64,000 bases of DNA from Trichosphaerium sp. ATCC 40318 (GCA_038496445.1 JALMLS010000455.1:248001-312000), one strand, 5' to 3'. Shown: positions 1 to 14,177, counted from the stretch's first letter. Made by a program: numbers and translations. Notes: generated by a model not told the origin, from the letters alone.

Positions 1-720
1 AAAATGACTCAAGATCTTCATCTCGAATATTTGTGTAACATAACTCAATTGAATGTACACCAGAGAGTACTCTAAAGCATACAGGATCAAGATAAGTGCA
101 ATGTTGTAATGACACTTCATGAACACCTGCAAGTGCTTTAAGACCCTCACCTGTTATTCCCTTACATAAGGTAAGGCTTATTTTATGTACTCCAACAAGT
201 GCTTGTAGTGTAGAATCATCAATAACAAGGAAGCTAAGATCTATTGTATGTAATCCATCCAAGTGTGCTAGATATTCACCACCAAGAGTTGTACTATCCA
301 AGATATGAGGAAGGTAAGAAAGGTCAATATTTTTAACACCAGATAGTTTGATGAGATGCTCCTCTTCTTCTAATTTATACACTATCTTTGTATGTCTTAG
401 AACACCCTTGTATTGTGATATCTTTTCAGCGTGGGACGGCTTTGTTATGGCGGCTTTGATGTAACCGATATTGTGATGAATAATGTCTGATAATAGATGA
501 TTTATTGGTGATAACTTGTATCTAATGTCATCTCGAGAGGTTTGAGCAATAAGCGTTAATAGTTCGATCGGAAGGTCCAATATATTGTTACATATAGCGC
601 TTCTATTAGTAGAAGGACTCTGTATACGTTTTGGTACGTTATATTGTCGCTTTTTGCTACTACAAGTAAATTGCGTTTAGTTTAGTTGTAGCTATCGCCA
701 AGACGCACCAGTGTTCCATC
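1..720 (-). CDS. F-box/leucine-rich-repeat protein (runs off the window start; 5' end uncertain)
   Basis: Minus-strand frame is open from ~657 to 1. It reads ILDLPIELLTLIAQ (F-box-like), then LRR-like units LSGVKNIDLS, LDGLHTIDLS, LVGVHKISLTLC, LAGVHEVSLQHC, LSGVHSIELC. It is absent from the ORF track because it has no stop in the window. Confidence 0.8.
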
Positions 721-1123
721 CTTGGTTAACAGTTGGCGACAAATGTAAAGTCAATAGAAGTATGTTGACTTTGGAAATGATCCTTTTGTACAGTTGTCAA
801 TATCAGACAGTAGCTATTTATTTTGTAGTTTGCAGAAGCTATCAACAACATCATACGTTTGATCATCAGCAGTAAATGTTTCCAAATTGGAAAAAAGTGC
901 AAAGAGGTTGTATTGTAGTGCCTTTGATTCCATTTCGTAAGCCACCTGTAGAGTGCTCTTGTAGTGCCTTCTTACACCTTGTATTTACTATCGCACAACC
1001 ATCTTTGTGGTAGCATTTATAATATATATAGTATAGTTGTATTCGTAACAACAACAAAGTGCTATCAACTTTTTTTTTCACTTCATACTAAGTTTATTTA
1101 CATTTTACAATAGTTTTTTTGAT

Positions 1124-2482
1124 TTAAATCGTGTCTTGTCTACCACCTAGAGGCCAACAAAGTTGAACACGTAATAACCTAAATTCACCGCCAGATATTT
1201 GATTTTTATAAAGTCTTGCCATTGTTTTCAAAGTACCCCATCTAATAATAAAGTTCGTAAACCAAAAAAACTCAAAACAACAAAAAAAAAATCATCAACA
1301 TCTATAGATAGTCGTTACCTGATATGATGTGTAGGATTCTCAAATGTCGGTGGTGCTTTACGTATATTTATATTATCCAGTAAATCTTGTCTACACATCA
1401 TCACACGCATCTTTTGTACTCTAAAAAAAAGCTATGTTAGAATCATGATAGAGTGTCACTTTTTCTTATTGTGACAGATTGCGAACCTTACATCTTCAGC
1501 TTGTTCAAATGTTAAGCCGAAATAATACCACTCTGTTTTACATGGAACACCCATATCCCTTGCAAGAAAGCCAGATCCATAAGACTAAAATAAAACGAAA
1601 ATAAGCAATTAATTAACTAGCACGTTTCTTCTCAAAAAAAACCAGATAAGCTAAGGTAAAACTGATTTTGCAAGGCAAAAGGGTATTGCTAGATTATTGT
1701 ATTCGTACCTCTGAGATAGCATTTAGTATTGAGTTCAGAACTTGCCATAAATCATCCTTATCTTCCATCTGAATAAACGGATCTTCTCTTGTTGTTTTTG
1801 AACTGCCTATGAGAACCTCCCTAAAGAACAAACAACCTTATTAATAATCCACATATCTACGTCACTATCAACCCACTGTCTGGGCGACGAGAATAAAAAA
1901 AAAAAAGAACCAAGCCTTTTTTGTACAGAGTGCTTTTAGTTCTTTTAATCATTACCTTACTGCTGTAGAGTTTGGTAGTATGGTATAAATATCACGCTCC
2001 CATAATGTTCTAAATTGCAATGTGTCATCTGGAGACAACGTATTTAAACTCAGAAGGACCCTGGAGCGAAAGTTGCGTGAGCGCCACTGAGCTGTAGTCT
2101 ACTCAGTTTAATCAGTTATAAATCGGGTATTGGTGAACTTACTTTGTACAGCTTGTACACACCACGTAAAAGGCTTGTGTAGCGACCTACGAAACAGTCA
2201 GTCACATGTGACGCTACAACGACTAAAAAGAAATTACGTACCTGTACTAGATTTTAACAGGTCTTCTGCAATGTGTGAGGCAGATGCTAGGGGTTTGGTA
2301 AGCGTTGTTACTGAAAAATAATTAAACGTACTAACGGCAACTTGTTTGGTATCCCTTACGCCCAAGGTCCGCCTTTTGGTAGTTTGCGCCTTTTCTGTGG
2401 CAGGCCTTGGAAAACGTTGGTAATAACGCACTACAAGCTGTGAATGACGCTTACGTGCGCACGGAGCATACAGACGACGCAT
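1124..2482 (-). CDS. Multi-exon hypothetical protein, Arg-rich N-terminus (possible mitochondrial presequence)
   Basis: GT/AG-bounded exons read EVLIGSSKTTREDPFIQMEDKDDLWQVLNSILNAISE, SYGSGFLARDMGVPCKTEWYYFGLTFEQAED, QKMRVMMCRQDLLDNINIRK and WGTLKTMARLY...DTI*. ORF 2234-2482 is the probable first exon. Confidence 0.5.
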
Positions 2483-2641
2483 TAACGCATACTATAGTAA
2501 CACAACCCTTAAACGCGACAAATCTGCTAAATAAACACAGTTATCGTTTTGGTTGTTGCCAGCAGTTGCTGGTTGCCTGGTCTTAAAGGGTTTCACTTAA
2601 CGTGAAAACAAGCGACATTCCCCAAAAAGAACAATTGCAAG

Positions 2642-2745
2642 ATGCAACAGCAAGGTTACCCACCACAACAACAAGGATATCCGCCACAGCAACAAGGGTA
2701 TCCACCTCAACAACAAGGCTATCCGCCACAGCAACAGGGGTATAG
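2642..2745 (+). repeat. 21-nt coding tandem repeat (PPQQQGY, about 5 copies)
   Basis: Repeated ccNccNcaRcaacaRggNtay units, visible in both DNA and translation. Confidence 0.9.
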
Positions 2746-3336
2746 CCCATACGCTCAACCCCAGCATACTGTACAAACCAATACACACGTACAAGCTGTT
2801 GCTGGGCAACCAGTATACGCTCCCCAGCCTGTACAGACGGTTGTTCAACCAGTAGCAGTACAACCACAAACAACAACAGTAGTAGTGTAAGTATACGTAG
2901 CGCAGAGGATGATAGTAATTGTTTGTTTAGCCACCAGAACAGGTCTTCAGGCAACAATGCTATGATCGCATGGTGTTTGTACGTAGTTGCACAGCTTGCA
3001 ATACGGCTTTTATCATTTATCTATCGGGTCTCTTAAAAACACGCGATTTTCAGTCAACGAGTACACAAACGCTAATAGAAGTTATTGTAGGTTTATATGC
3101 GGCTTCTTTTTTGGCATCTGTTGGTGTGTCGGTGCTTTTTATATTCGCGATAAAGACCCAACCACAAGGTGCGTTTTTACGTATTTTAGCGCTCGTTAGC
3201 GCGTCTCAAACAGTTTTTTAATGATTTCTGACGTAAACTGTTTTTTTGTAGAATCGCTGGTATTTTAAATCTGATATTCGCTATCCTCATGTCCATATCT
3301 ATTGCTATCTTCATTATAGCAGTTGTTATATTATAA
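2642..3336 (+). CDS. Pro/Gln/Tyr-rich small membrane protein, paralog A (4 exons)
   Basis: Spliced product: MQQQGYPP...TTTVVV|HQNRSSGNNAMIAWCL|FICGFFFGICWCVGAFYIRDKDPTTR|IAGILNLIFAILMSISIAIFIIAVVIL*. Three phase-2 GT-AG introns; two hydrophobic C-terminal segments. Confidence 0.8.
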
Positions 3337-3756
3337 AAACTGTTTCCTTCCCCCCAAACCTTCGTGTTGTTTAACTAATAGCTCCCTTTGCTTTCTAATC
3401 CTCACGTTAACGCTGCTACAGCGTTCCATAATACGTCAGCAAGGTGGTACAAAATAGCGTCCCAAAAAGGAGCTCCCAACTATTTTGGTGTTTGTGTACC
3501 AAAAAAAATTTAATGTACCTCCATTTTATCCATAATAGTTCGTATGAGAAGTATGATAGTTGAGTATTCCCTTGGAGAATGAGATGGTTGTCCTTTTTGT
3601 ATGAACGAATTTCGTGGCAGTGGTGGTAGTAACTAAGATTTTGACATGTGCCACCAAATTTATTTGTGCTGTCAATCAAAAAAACGCCAGAAGGTTGTGT
3701 TTTTTTGTTTATTTCCAACACATAATGTAATAATCTAACACTAGCACAATGAATTT

Positions 3757-6472
3757 TTATTTTGGATCTTTACTTCCATTTATTAGCTTATACGGAGGCA
3801 TAATACCTCGCTTATTAGCCATCTAAGACAAGAAAAGCTATTAAGATAAAATAAAAACAAAATAGAAAAAAAGATATCACATGATCAAGATCTAGCTGCT
3901 GTGACAGTATCAAGGAAAATAAAGTTTGTTGAAGTTCTACGTATTAAAATTGACTGCCATATACTAGACACAAACATCGTATTGGTCACGTACTTGTAGG
4001 TGTCTTACAATCTCACCGAAATTGGAATGCCATGTTCCAACAAACATATCACATTCTCCAGCTATTAAGAGAGAAGCTAGTGTATGATATGTGCTATCTA
4101 TACTATCTTCTCCACCACCTGTAGCGTGACCATCTGTCCACATTTGTCTTTCATCCATGTAAATAAAATTCCAGTCCGGATATTGCTCTGTTTGATTTAC
4201 AATGAATCTCGACGCCTGCCAAGAAAACATAAGTCGGACGGTTTTTTTTCTAATTTTGTTTTGTTTCGTATTTTTTTCCACAATTAACCGCTGAGCATTA
4301 AAGTGTTTATAAAAGTCACTTAATCTTATATTATAATAACACAGCAAAATTATAAAAGTACATGCGTTCTCAGGCTGCCAAATGACAGGTCAAGACGTTG
4401 ACAATCAAAAAAGGTAAAAAAATAAACATGATTTGAATTTCAATGTAGGTTTGAAAATAACGTTTGTAGTACGTACAGTCAATAAATAGATGTTCTTTAC
4501 TCCGTACTTGATTCTCATTTCGTTTGCGTGAGGCATGTAAGCTTCGGACAGTAAGCAAATAGCAATAAAAATTGAAGGGGGTAGGATTTCCGTACAACTT
4601 AGGTTTAGCATTGTGCGTCCAACGTTCAAATATGAGTCACCTCTACGAACATGAAGAGCTAGTATAGGACGTAATGAATCGAAATTATAACGCTTCTTTT
4701 CTGATTTTATAAGAGCATCAAGTACAGGTCCTGGTCTGAGAATGTACTTTAACAGTGCACCCTCCAATCTAGAAAAAAAGTTATTTTGCAAATCCATCAT
4801 CACATGCTATTAATAACCTATTACTTGCCTTGCGTAATTTGGTGCTGTGTTATATAAACCCATAGTACGTAAACCCCACTTAATAATAAGTAAGAAAGAA
4901 GTGAGAACGAAGACTAAAGATGAATTGACGTACAAACATTTTGTTCATGAAAACGTGAGTATGATTTTCAAGTAGTGGTATTATTTCTCTTCTTTTCATA
5001 TTCCAATCTTCGGGTGTTATTAATGTATTCGTGTCTATTGGTAACATCTATTGTGTTCATTATTTTGTGTCTTGTATTGTGATCATCTTTGATGCAAAAG
5101 AAACGTACAGTGTTAATATCAAATAAACTTGTTGCATCACATTTAGATTCATCATGTGTTGACTTGAAATAACAACTATATTCTCGCGTAGTACAAAAAG
5201 TACTATTATAGTACTTAAACAGATAATTAGAGTCCACCAAAGATGACATAGTACAATTTACTAGAGTGTTTTTTTCTTTGAACCAAAAAAAGCAATTAAC
5301 GTTAAAAAAAAAGGTCTACGCACATCCCAATCAGCTTCTTGTGGGACCATAACCACAGTATAATTCATAACAAGTGATAATTCAAAAGTACGCACAGCAA
5401 ACATTGTTGAGCATCCAAACCCACAACCACTACAAGGTATAAGTTCCAATACATTTACAAATAAAAAGTGTTCTTACGTTGTGGGTGGATAATACAGAAA
5501 GTACTTAGTGTTAGGATCTGTACAATCTCCTTTTTGGGTATCAATAATTTTCCTGCATTGAATATAAATTACAAAGTGCTACTGCATTTGCACCGAAGAC
5601 TTGCTTTTTTTTTGTTTCGACTTTAGTTTGAAACACTTACTTTTCTATCGAGTCATAAAGCTCGTTTGCTTCTTTGATATTAACACAACGTGGTTCTGTG
5701 TACTTATGTGTTGTAAACCTATAAGCTAAGCTTGTCATATCGCTAGGACCAGAATCTATACTTAATACAGATACTTCAGGCAAGAGTTCATTACAGAATC
5801 TTCCTTCAACATGTGAAGGCATTCCAAGCTGTGAAAAATAAATCAGACATAATATTGTTGCCGTACCTCCTCTATATTAGAACCTTGTACTGGAGCGTTC
5901 GTTGGAGACACTTTACTCACAGGAGCATTTGTTGGAGCGTTTGTTGGAGGAGGGACAGGAGCGTTTGTTGGAGCATTTGTTGGTGGGTTTGTCGGAGGTG
6001 GAATGGGAGCATTTGTTGGCGCGTTTGTTGGCGCCCTTGTAGGTGAATTTGTTGGTGTACTTGTAGGCGAGTTAGTTGGGGGATATGTGGGTGCATTAGT
6101 TGTGGGAGGTGATTGCGTTGGTGAGATTGTTGTAGGTTTGATTGAACCCTACTGTTTATTAGCAAAATTAAGCGCTGTCAGTGTCACGTGACAGTTCTAA
6201 GATAAGATACCTGTTGGTAAGTGTTGGTATCCTATAGACGCATGTTAACGTATAAAAACGTGTGATTAAGCGTATATACGCGAAAGGAAGGTGTTTGAAC
6301 GAAAAAAGCTTGTTTTGACACGTTTAAGGAAATAAGGTTTATTGTTCTTCTCACATACCTCAGCTTTATCGTATACGTATACTATTGGGTTTCTTGATAT
6401 GTATACTATAAGTCTTATGTACAATACCAGAAAGGCACCCAGAATTATGAACGTTTGACCTCTGCTTAGCAT
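3757..6472 (-). CDS. Alpha-1,6-fucosyltransferase-like (GT23/FUT8-NodZ family) type II Golgi glycosyltransferase
   Basis: N-terminal TM (QTFIILGAFLVLYIRLIVYI), Pro/Thr stem, GCGFGC motif, LALHVRRGD (GT23 motif) and ECDMFVGTWHSNFGEIV (C-terminal GT23-like motif). Confidence 0.8.
5890..6150 (-). repeat. Mucin-like PTNAP/PTNSP coding repeats (glycosyltransferase stem)
   Basis: Repeated ccaacaaaYgctcc on the minus strand. Confidence 0.8.
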
Positions 6473-6787
6473 TTCTTGTAGAGAATATCACAACTCTTGT
6501 AAACAATGGTGATATTGTATTCTACGTTGTAATGCCGGATGCTCGTAGTACTGTCTACGTTGCCACTTTTGTTTTTCTCCTTTCGAGATTTTGTTGGCTT
6601 AACACGTGCGGGTTGTAAGCCAATTTTGGCAAATTATTCAAACACATTAATCGTTTTGGTAATGCACTATTTATCACGTGTCTTGATACGTCAAAACAAG
6701 CTTGAATTTATTGTAGCAAAATAACAATTTTGGTAAGCAGCACTGCAACAAGATTCATACAGCTTATGCTTGAAGAGTGAGGGTCGG

Positions 6788-8061
6788 TCAGTCAGAAGAG
6801 TTTGTCCAGAGTTTGCCGTCAGCGGTTTCGAAACGAAATAATTGATTGTCACCGTCGTTCTTTTCCCATTGTTGTATTCTTTCACCTGGAGTCTTGCTCG
6901 AGTCTCTAACTTCTACGGCTTTACCGGACTTGACATTAATAAGGCTGAAGTCTGATAAAGGAGTTAGGTGTAAAAAAAAAATAGCGAAATCAAGTGATAA
7001 AAAAAAAGACGCACATCCATCCTTCTTTGGTTCTATGAAATAATGTTGGTTATCGTGGCCATGATAATAAAACTCTATCAGTACAGCCCCATTATCAATA
7101 CTTCCTGTATTGATATCTACTCCCTTGAAGGCACATCAGATAATACATCACAAGAAACAAATAGAGCACGAAATAAGTACCTTGCCAGAAAACTTGACGA
7201 GAATGTTGTACGCTGGCTTTCCGTTTACTTCTTTTTTCTTCTCCAATAAGAAAAGTTGGGATCCGTCGCCTGAATTTTGCGTGTTCTGAATGAGAGGTGT
7301 ACAATTGTCTTTGCTGTCTCCTAAAATAAGATTAGTTGTGTCGACATAACAATCTTTATTGTTTCTATAAGTGGTGTACCTCTCACATCTAGAACCAATC
7401 CACTGTTCTTATTTTTAAGATAGAAAGGCCCGAATTTGTCAGGCAAAGGTAATTTTAGCTCAATATTAGGCTTGTAACCTGGTATGGTATGTAGCTTGAA
7501 CTGAATCATCGGAGGCGCGGATGGAACAGTATTAACTATACTTACTGGACCAAACATTACCCGTCCACCGCCCCGGCTATTAGATATCTTTGGGTATGGT
7601 ATCATGACATAGCTGTTACTGTTCACATGGCGTATATTTGAATCTACAAAACCAAGAACGTGAGACAAAAAACATGCTTTGAAAATTCACTAACGTACAC
7701 CCTGGGTACTGTTTATCGTCCTCGATCCACCAAACTTGAAGGTCCGTTATCTTTTCTTCGTCGTAGTGATCAAGGGAAAGCCCAACCTTGGATGCTACTG
7801 TCAAAATTGTGTTTTCCTTATCAAAGTAAGCTTCTTGAGATGAGTATATTGTGAGCGTACAAGATATGGGTTCGTAGGTTTGTAGGTAGCAATTTTATAC
7901 GCAGGTTTGCCTCCAACGTCTCTCACGTACGAAATAACAAATGATTGCCACCATTCCTTGTTGGACGTATCTATTAAATGGCAATTTGATTGACCACCTG
8001 CAGCAAGACCATAGTCGTTCATGCCTAAAATATAGGTCGGGATATCTAGAGATTTTTGCAT
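6788..8061 (-). CDS. Ricin-B (beta-trefoil) lectin-domain protein
   Basis: Spliced C-half has three QxW/F-type trefoil subdomains: FYLKNKNSGLVLDVRGDSKDNCTPLIQ...SQLF, YNILVKFSGKGVDINTGSIDNGAVLIEF...DNQHY, FSLINVKSGKAVEVRDSSKTPGERIQQWEKNDGDNQLFRF. Confidence 0.85.
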
Positions 8062-9018
8062 TATTCGTGGCTTTGAGTTGTTGGCCTGTTTAGTTTGGGT
8101 TGTTTGGTTGTTTGGGTTTGTTTTTGGTGTGCAGTTTTGGGTATCAAAAGACAAACACAAGAACGCAAACTGGCTATATTCCAAGAATCATACAACAAGT
8201 GTTGAAATCATATTTTTCAAAGTTCGAAAATAAAATAAAAGTATCCTATGTTGTTGTTACCATGATTGCGTCGGTTTGAATAATAATCTAAGAAATGCTG
8301 TCATTGATGATGAGTGACGGTTCATACAGAATACAGTTTTTCGTTATTCGTTTTATCAACGTTAACATAAAGTGTGACTCCTAGAAACCTTTTGAAGTGA
8401 GCAATCTCATGGTATCCACCATACGAATCCAATTACTTCCTACAAAAAAGTGAATGCAATATTGGCGTTCCATCGCACTACAGCTCAGTAGATTCTGGGT
8501 TCAACAATAAGGGATATTGCTACTCTTTTGTTTTGCGCTTTTGATCGTCTAGGGGTTAGGGTTTTGATACAATACACTTAACATACAAGGCGATGAAACG
8601 ATTCTTGTAGACACATACCATGAGCGCTGTTTTCTTATGCATCCAGGGTATCGTAGAAATGATCTAACTGTTACCTTGCTAATCGCGCTCTATCTCTTGT
8701 TTGGAGTAAAATTTGTTATTTTGGTTTCTCCTTGCTACTGAATCGGAAGAATAAGCACAAAATTGTGGGTTAGTTCTTACTATTTTCTTACCAAATACAG
8801 TTAACTAATTCTGCCAGCGGTACAGGCCTAGAATACAGAACCAAGGGAAATATTGTACACAGACGGTTTGATAGTGCTAGCGTATGCTACGCTAGGTTAA
8901 AGTTACGGACGTTCTTCGTTTTTTTGTTTTTGGTAGCTTTTCTTTCCTAAATTGCTTTAAGCTCCTAATTAGGACTTGAGAAGTATAAATTCAGCCCATT
9001 GCACATTCCGTACACACG

Positions 9019-11523
9019 ATGATGCAGAGAATATATTACTATACAATTGTACTAGCGCTGTTCTTAATTAATGTTTCTTTGTACGCACAACCCACAAGTA
9101 CGTGTAGAGTACTCCAGTATCATCTAACAGCTTTACTAGCGTCACAATTGGTTAACTCAATAGGTAATTGTTTTATTGTAATTATACACAAACAGGAAGG
9201 TCCCAACGCGTTTTCTGATGCTTGGTGTAGATTTCGAAGGAATGGAAGCGCAAGATGTCGATATTACGCCTGATGGGCTTTTAGTTATTGCTTCATCGTC
9301 GGGTTCGGTTCCAGATGGAGGTAGCTTGCTGTTTATTGAGCTAACAAATGGTTGGTAACAAAAAAGGCCAAAGAACCCTCTAATCCTTACGATTTACAAA
9401 GGCACAATTGTACATAACCTTACAACGTGGGATGGTGGCTCTTTCAGTTCTTTTCAACCTCAATCAGTGCAAGCGACTGCTAGCGGTAAAGTATATACGT
9501 CAAAAACAACGCCAAACGCATTGGTACGTAGGAAACTAAAAGTTCGGCATTTTTTTTGGTGTTTTTTTGTACATTTCTCGTTTTCTAGAACTGAAAATAT
9601 ATTCACTGAATACGCCTTTAAAGTAGCTCGCACGCGTTTTATACTATTCTGATTTGTTTGATAGACAATATTCGATTCCTCTATGAATCCAATAAACACG
9701 CTTTCAGCGACTACCGAAGGTACCTTTGAACGGAAGAGTTTTCATTCCGTATTAACCTTCCATCACGTGTTGTAAATAACTAGCTTTGTAATGTAGTGCC
9801 TCAAGCATGTTTACCCTTTCCAGAAGATGTCAGTAAGTCTACATCAAGTTACAGTTGGAAACAGGTATCAGTAAATCCCGAAGAGACAGAAGTAGCTGTT
9901 GCGTTAAGAACAGGATGTATTACTGTGTTCAGAATAGTAGATGGTACGCATTGGGCGTTTCAACAAATAGGTCTTGGTGTGGTCTTAGGTCAGCCGCCTT
10001 ATCCTACCCTAAAGGATAGCTTGTAAAGTTGCGTGAGAGCTACATATGCTATCACAAAACCGTAGCTCGTTATTTCAAGTCAAAACCTAAATTTTGACTT
10101 TGTCTTCCGTTTTTAAAGCAGCTAGATTCACCCTAAAATCGTAACAGTTATATCACTTTGTACCCTTTCAATTTTACGAAGTGATAACACATTTGTAATA
10201 GATACTCTCTTGTATTGCATTCCGCTTCCTGTTGAAGGACCTGATCATAGTAGGACAATCATTGTTCAAGGTGTTAGTTTTGTCAATAGTGCGCTATTGC
10301 TGGCTACTACATTCTCATCATCAAGTTCTACCAGTGGTGGTATATATCTATTAAACCATACTTGTACGTGTTTCTAAGGCAATACAAGTCTCATGTGACT
10401 TAATTTTCTTTTTGTTAAGATATTGTTTGTACTCTTTGCTTATATTCCCATAGCCATAGTAACCGAAATTCTATCCCCAGATAGCGTAATAGATATTGAT
10501 TACTTCCAAGTCAAGCCATGGAATGACAACTTTGTAGTTGGAGCAAATTCCCAATATGTTTTGCTGGAAAATATATTGCAAGGCAATATCGCAATTACAT
10601 ACTTCGGAGAATGTGCAGCAACATGCCAGTCAGGTATTGTTCTGCCTAGTGGTACGCTATAATTTTATCAACACAGTTGATCTTGAGTCTCACATGAAGC
10701 AAAGGTAACTTCTTAGCAGCAGCGGGAGATACAATAAACCTGTATACACCGTTGCCATCTTCTCCAACAACAATTGCTCCTACAACTGCAGCGCCTACAA
10801 CTATAGCCCCTACAACTATGATTCCTACAACTATAGCACCTACGACATCAGCACCTGTTACTACAGCTACTCCAACTGAGTCACCTGATCCTAATTGTGA
10901 GATACCGTCTTGTAAAAATGCTACAATTATAAATACTGTGTTAAACTTAACACGACCACTAGTTCTAACAGGTATGCCATCATTTGTATTTCAACTTGTT
11001 CACATCTTTCAGGTAATACCGTGATAGTAAATACAACAATAGTACTCCCACAGACTATTGAATATGAACAACCAAGTATTGTGTTTGCAGATAGTTGTCC
11101 TGATATTAGCAATCTTACAATAATAACAAACAACAAGCTTGAATCATTTGACAATATCACATTACTTTCCTATCCAGCTTTTTGTGCAGCTATTGATACA
11201 AAACAAATCAAACTTGAAAACAAGGCGTGTACACGGACAATAGGTACAAGTATACTGACTATCATTAACATATCTTGCTGATTTCTATTGTAGATACTCT
11301 GGGCACAATTAGTCTGTTGATTTCGGAGTGTTCTTCAAAGTCAGGCGTTTCACAAATATTACCAGTATGGTCATGGATTGCAGCTGCTGGTTTTGTTGTT
11401 GTACTTGCTATCTTAATGGTTTTAGCTGCAACTTTGTATAGGAAAATGCGTTACAGGAATAATGTTGTGGTTAATTTTACTTATCCAATTACAGAAATTG
11501 TTCCATGCCCAGAAAATGAATAA
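9019..11523 (+). CDS. Single-pass cell-surface protein (signal peptide, beta-rich ectodomain, Thr/Pro stalk, TM)
   Basis: Signal MMQRIYYYTIVLALFLINVSLYA, PTTIAPTT stalk at 10752-10890, TM WSWIAAAGFVVVLAILMVLAATLY followed by RKMRYR. Confidence 0.7.
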
Positions 11524-11617
11524 ACAAGATAATAATAGACAAATTAATCATGTTCACTTTGTTGCCCTAGGTGGTATTGACTTGATCTATACTTTCAATT
11601 TTTTTAGCAGTACAAAG

Positions 11618-13710
11618 ATGTTTGTAGTTTGGTCTTTATTTCCAACCTCAACGCGTACTAATGAATGCTACAGGACTCTATAGACTTTGTAATACCCAAT
11701 TGCTCACTTAGAGATGCTACTTTAAACCTTGAGGCGTACCCATAGACAGAATATGACTGTCATCTATAGCGAGTTCTGTTTGGACTGTAACAACCTCTGT
11801 TAAACTGTTTGATTAGGTATTGACTTAATAAACCAGCACTCTACGTAACGGACATTAGGTTTTGAAATTTACATTCGGAGTTATCGGATACAATAAGGTC
11901 TTGGCACTACTTTAGAAGATAGGTAGTTTTTTTTTCACGTGTTTCACATTCAAAATACTGCAAAACTTCACTTCGCTGTTAAACGGATTTACAAAGATGA
12001 TTCAATTTAAAACTTATACGTACCTTGTACTACCACGTATAGCTATGCCTTAGTAAACTATTGACAATAAACTTTGAAGAATACGTGAGCTCATGATAGT
12101 ACTCGGTGCTATTGAAGTACTCCATAGAACAACGGTATACCGTACACAGTACACTTTTTTATGGCGTAATCAGTTGGCAATGGGTCTTGTTTATTTATCG
12201 TGATAGCGATTGCTACACGGGTATTTCAGTGGTACAATAACAAACTACGGAAAACAGATCACACTTGCTTTACGCTTGTCTTTTTTTGTGACACAGCATA
12301 GGTTTGATTGCTCTTGCAATGAACAGAGTACTTGATGGCTACATTTCACTATCTCATTTTATGATAGGTGGTAATCAAGGGTTGTTTGTTTGAAGACAAT
12401 GTTAGTTTTTATGCAACTACGCTATTGTGTACCTATTCCAAAGATGTAGAAATCTCAAACTCTACTTTTGTGAGAAACAAGGAGAGAACTATGTGCAAAG
12501 GTACCGACTTGATTACAATAGTAACAAATGTTTGTAATAGAGTTTTTGAATTACGTTGGAGATAGTAGTGCGATACTTGTAGACTCTTGTGTATTTGAGA
12601 ATAACACTTGCACGTGCGTACTGATTTTGGAAGTTAATTTTCTTTGCCAACATCTTTGTATAGAATGAATAACGTAACTGTTCCAAGCACTCCTTTGTTG
12701 TTAGGTGAAAATGCAGCTATCACAGTAAGGTAAACAGATATCATTTGTACTGCGGTTTTTTTACGTCTATTTAGAAATACAAGAGTTTCTAATGAACACA
12801 ATAATGGTATCCACAAAATATTATTAATAGCTCATCCCGTAGTAGAAGCCAGTATGGTGTTTTCCTGTGCTGATACAGAAAGTACGCACACGTGCGATAC
12901 TGGTGACTGCTTTAGCAATGCTTTATTTGAAGAGTGCAACACAAAGTGGTAATATTGTAATCTATTTAAGAATGAAGAGTATTGTAGTAAGAATTTTATA
13001 CTAAGTTAACAATAATATTTAACTCTTACATTGCACCTTCAGAGCCTGTTGTTCCTCAGACAACTACTATACCAAATCAATTGATAGTATCTACTACATT
13101 GACTATAGACGGTGACTTTATTCACTCAGGAACTGTTACAATTGCTCCAGGAGGATTTCTTGAAGTTACAGGTAAACAAGTATGATTGTTGGATATTGAC
13201 TTTGTATTGTAGGATGTGTTGTGGTACCACCAAATACAACGTTCATCATTGATTTTACCAGTGAGAATGTCACCACAAGTGGTAGAAATAGAGAAGAAGT
13301 AATACGAAGTAACAGTAACTGTATTGAAGGCAATTTTACAGTTGTTTCAACAGAATGTGTTTTGGCAACGCTTGAGCGGATTCCTTCATCGTACGTCACT
13401 TGACAACTAGACAACAATAAAACTTAAACAACCTGACCCTGATGATCTAGGGTATTTGTATTGACATCAAGACCTGACAGTTGTGGGAACAAAGCGGGAA
13501 CAATCAATGTTGGTATGTTGTTAGGTATTTCTGTTGGTGTTCTATTAATGGTATGTGATAATTTTCTTGTTGATTTGAAGCTGACTTTTGTAGATCATTA
13601 TTGCTCTTGTTGTGATTTACTTTGTACCATCCATGAGACAGGCAATTTTCCCGTACCATTACGAAGATCAACTATCCAAGTTGCTTCTATACAACCTCAA
13701 TTTGCAGTAA
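11618..13710 (+). CDS. Single-pass surface protein with parallel beta-helix-like repeats (5' end uncertain)
   Basis: Beta-helix-like repeats VIKGCLFEDN, VEISNSTFVRN, ILVDSCVFENN. C-terminal TM GMLLGISVGVLLM|IIIALVVIYFVPSMRQAIFPY; stop at 13708-13710. Confidence 0.6.
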
Positions 13711-14177
13711 ATGGCTTTTCTGGTTAAGCTACTCTGTATTCCTGTAACAGTGTTGGACTAACCACAATGTAAAGGTGGTTGTGGCCTTCGCTAGGTAACC
13801 ATAATTGACAACGTGATTTTCAAAATACAGTTTTAAGGAGACTGGTCCACATCCCTTGATCAACATTGCCGTGATCAACCATTTGATATTGACCCCTTTT
13901 GTCATTTTTCGCCTATTTTCCTCAAATACCAGGTTTGTATCACGGCACAATTTACCAGTTTTCAATCAACCCACAGCTTATTTGGCGAAACGTGTTTGCA
14001 CCTTCCATTGCGTTGCTTGATAGCAAGTGTTGATTATCCAGCAGCTATTTATAATGCATTGAGTACTCCGCCAGTCCCAGTTAGCGTTGCAGGATACAAA
14101 ACTGAACATCTATGCACAGACGAAACATTTTCACACTATTTACATTGGCTTTATTTACATTCTTAGACATCTTTACT

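Noticed and set aside
2642-2745. Short direct repeats as a CRISPR array
   Set aside because: No spacers; variation falls at synonymous positions of a coding repeat; eukaryotic context.
2583-2957. Hydrophobic minus-strand ORFs (also 25692-25931, 26880-27104, 24965-25165, 6003-6191)
   Set aside because: They are antisense shadows of Gln/Pro/Thr-rich coding repeats on the opposite strand.
8304-8400. Box C-like TGATGA suggesting a C/D snoRNA
   Set aside because: No convincing box D, terminal stem or rRNA-complementary guide identified.
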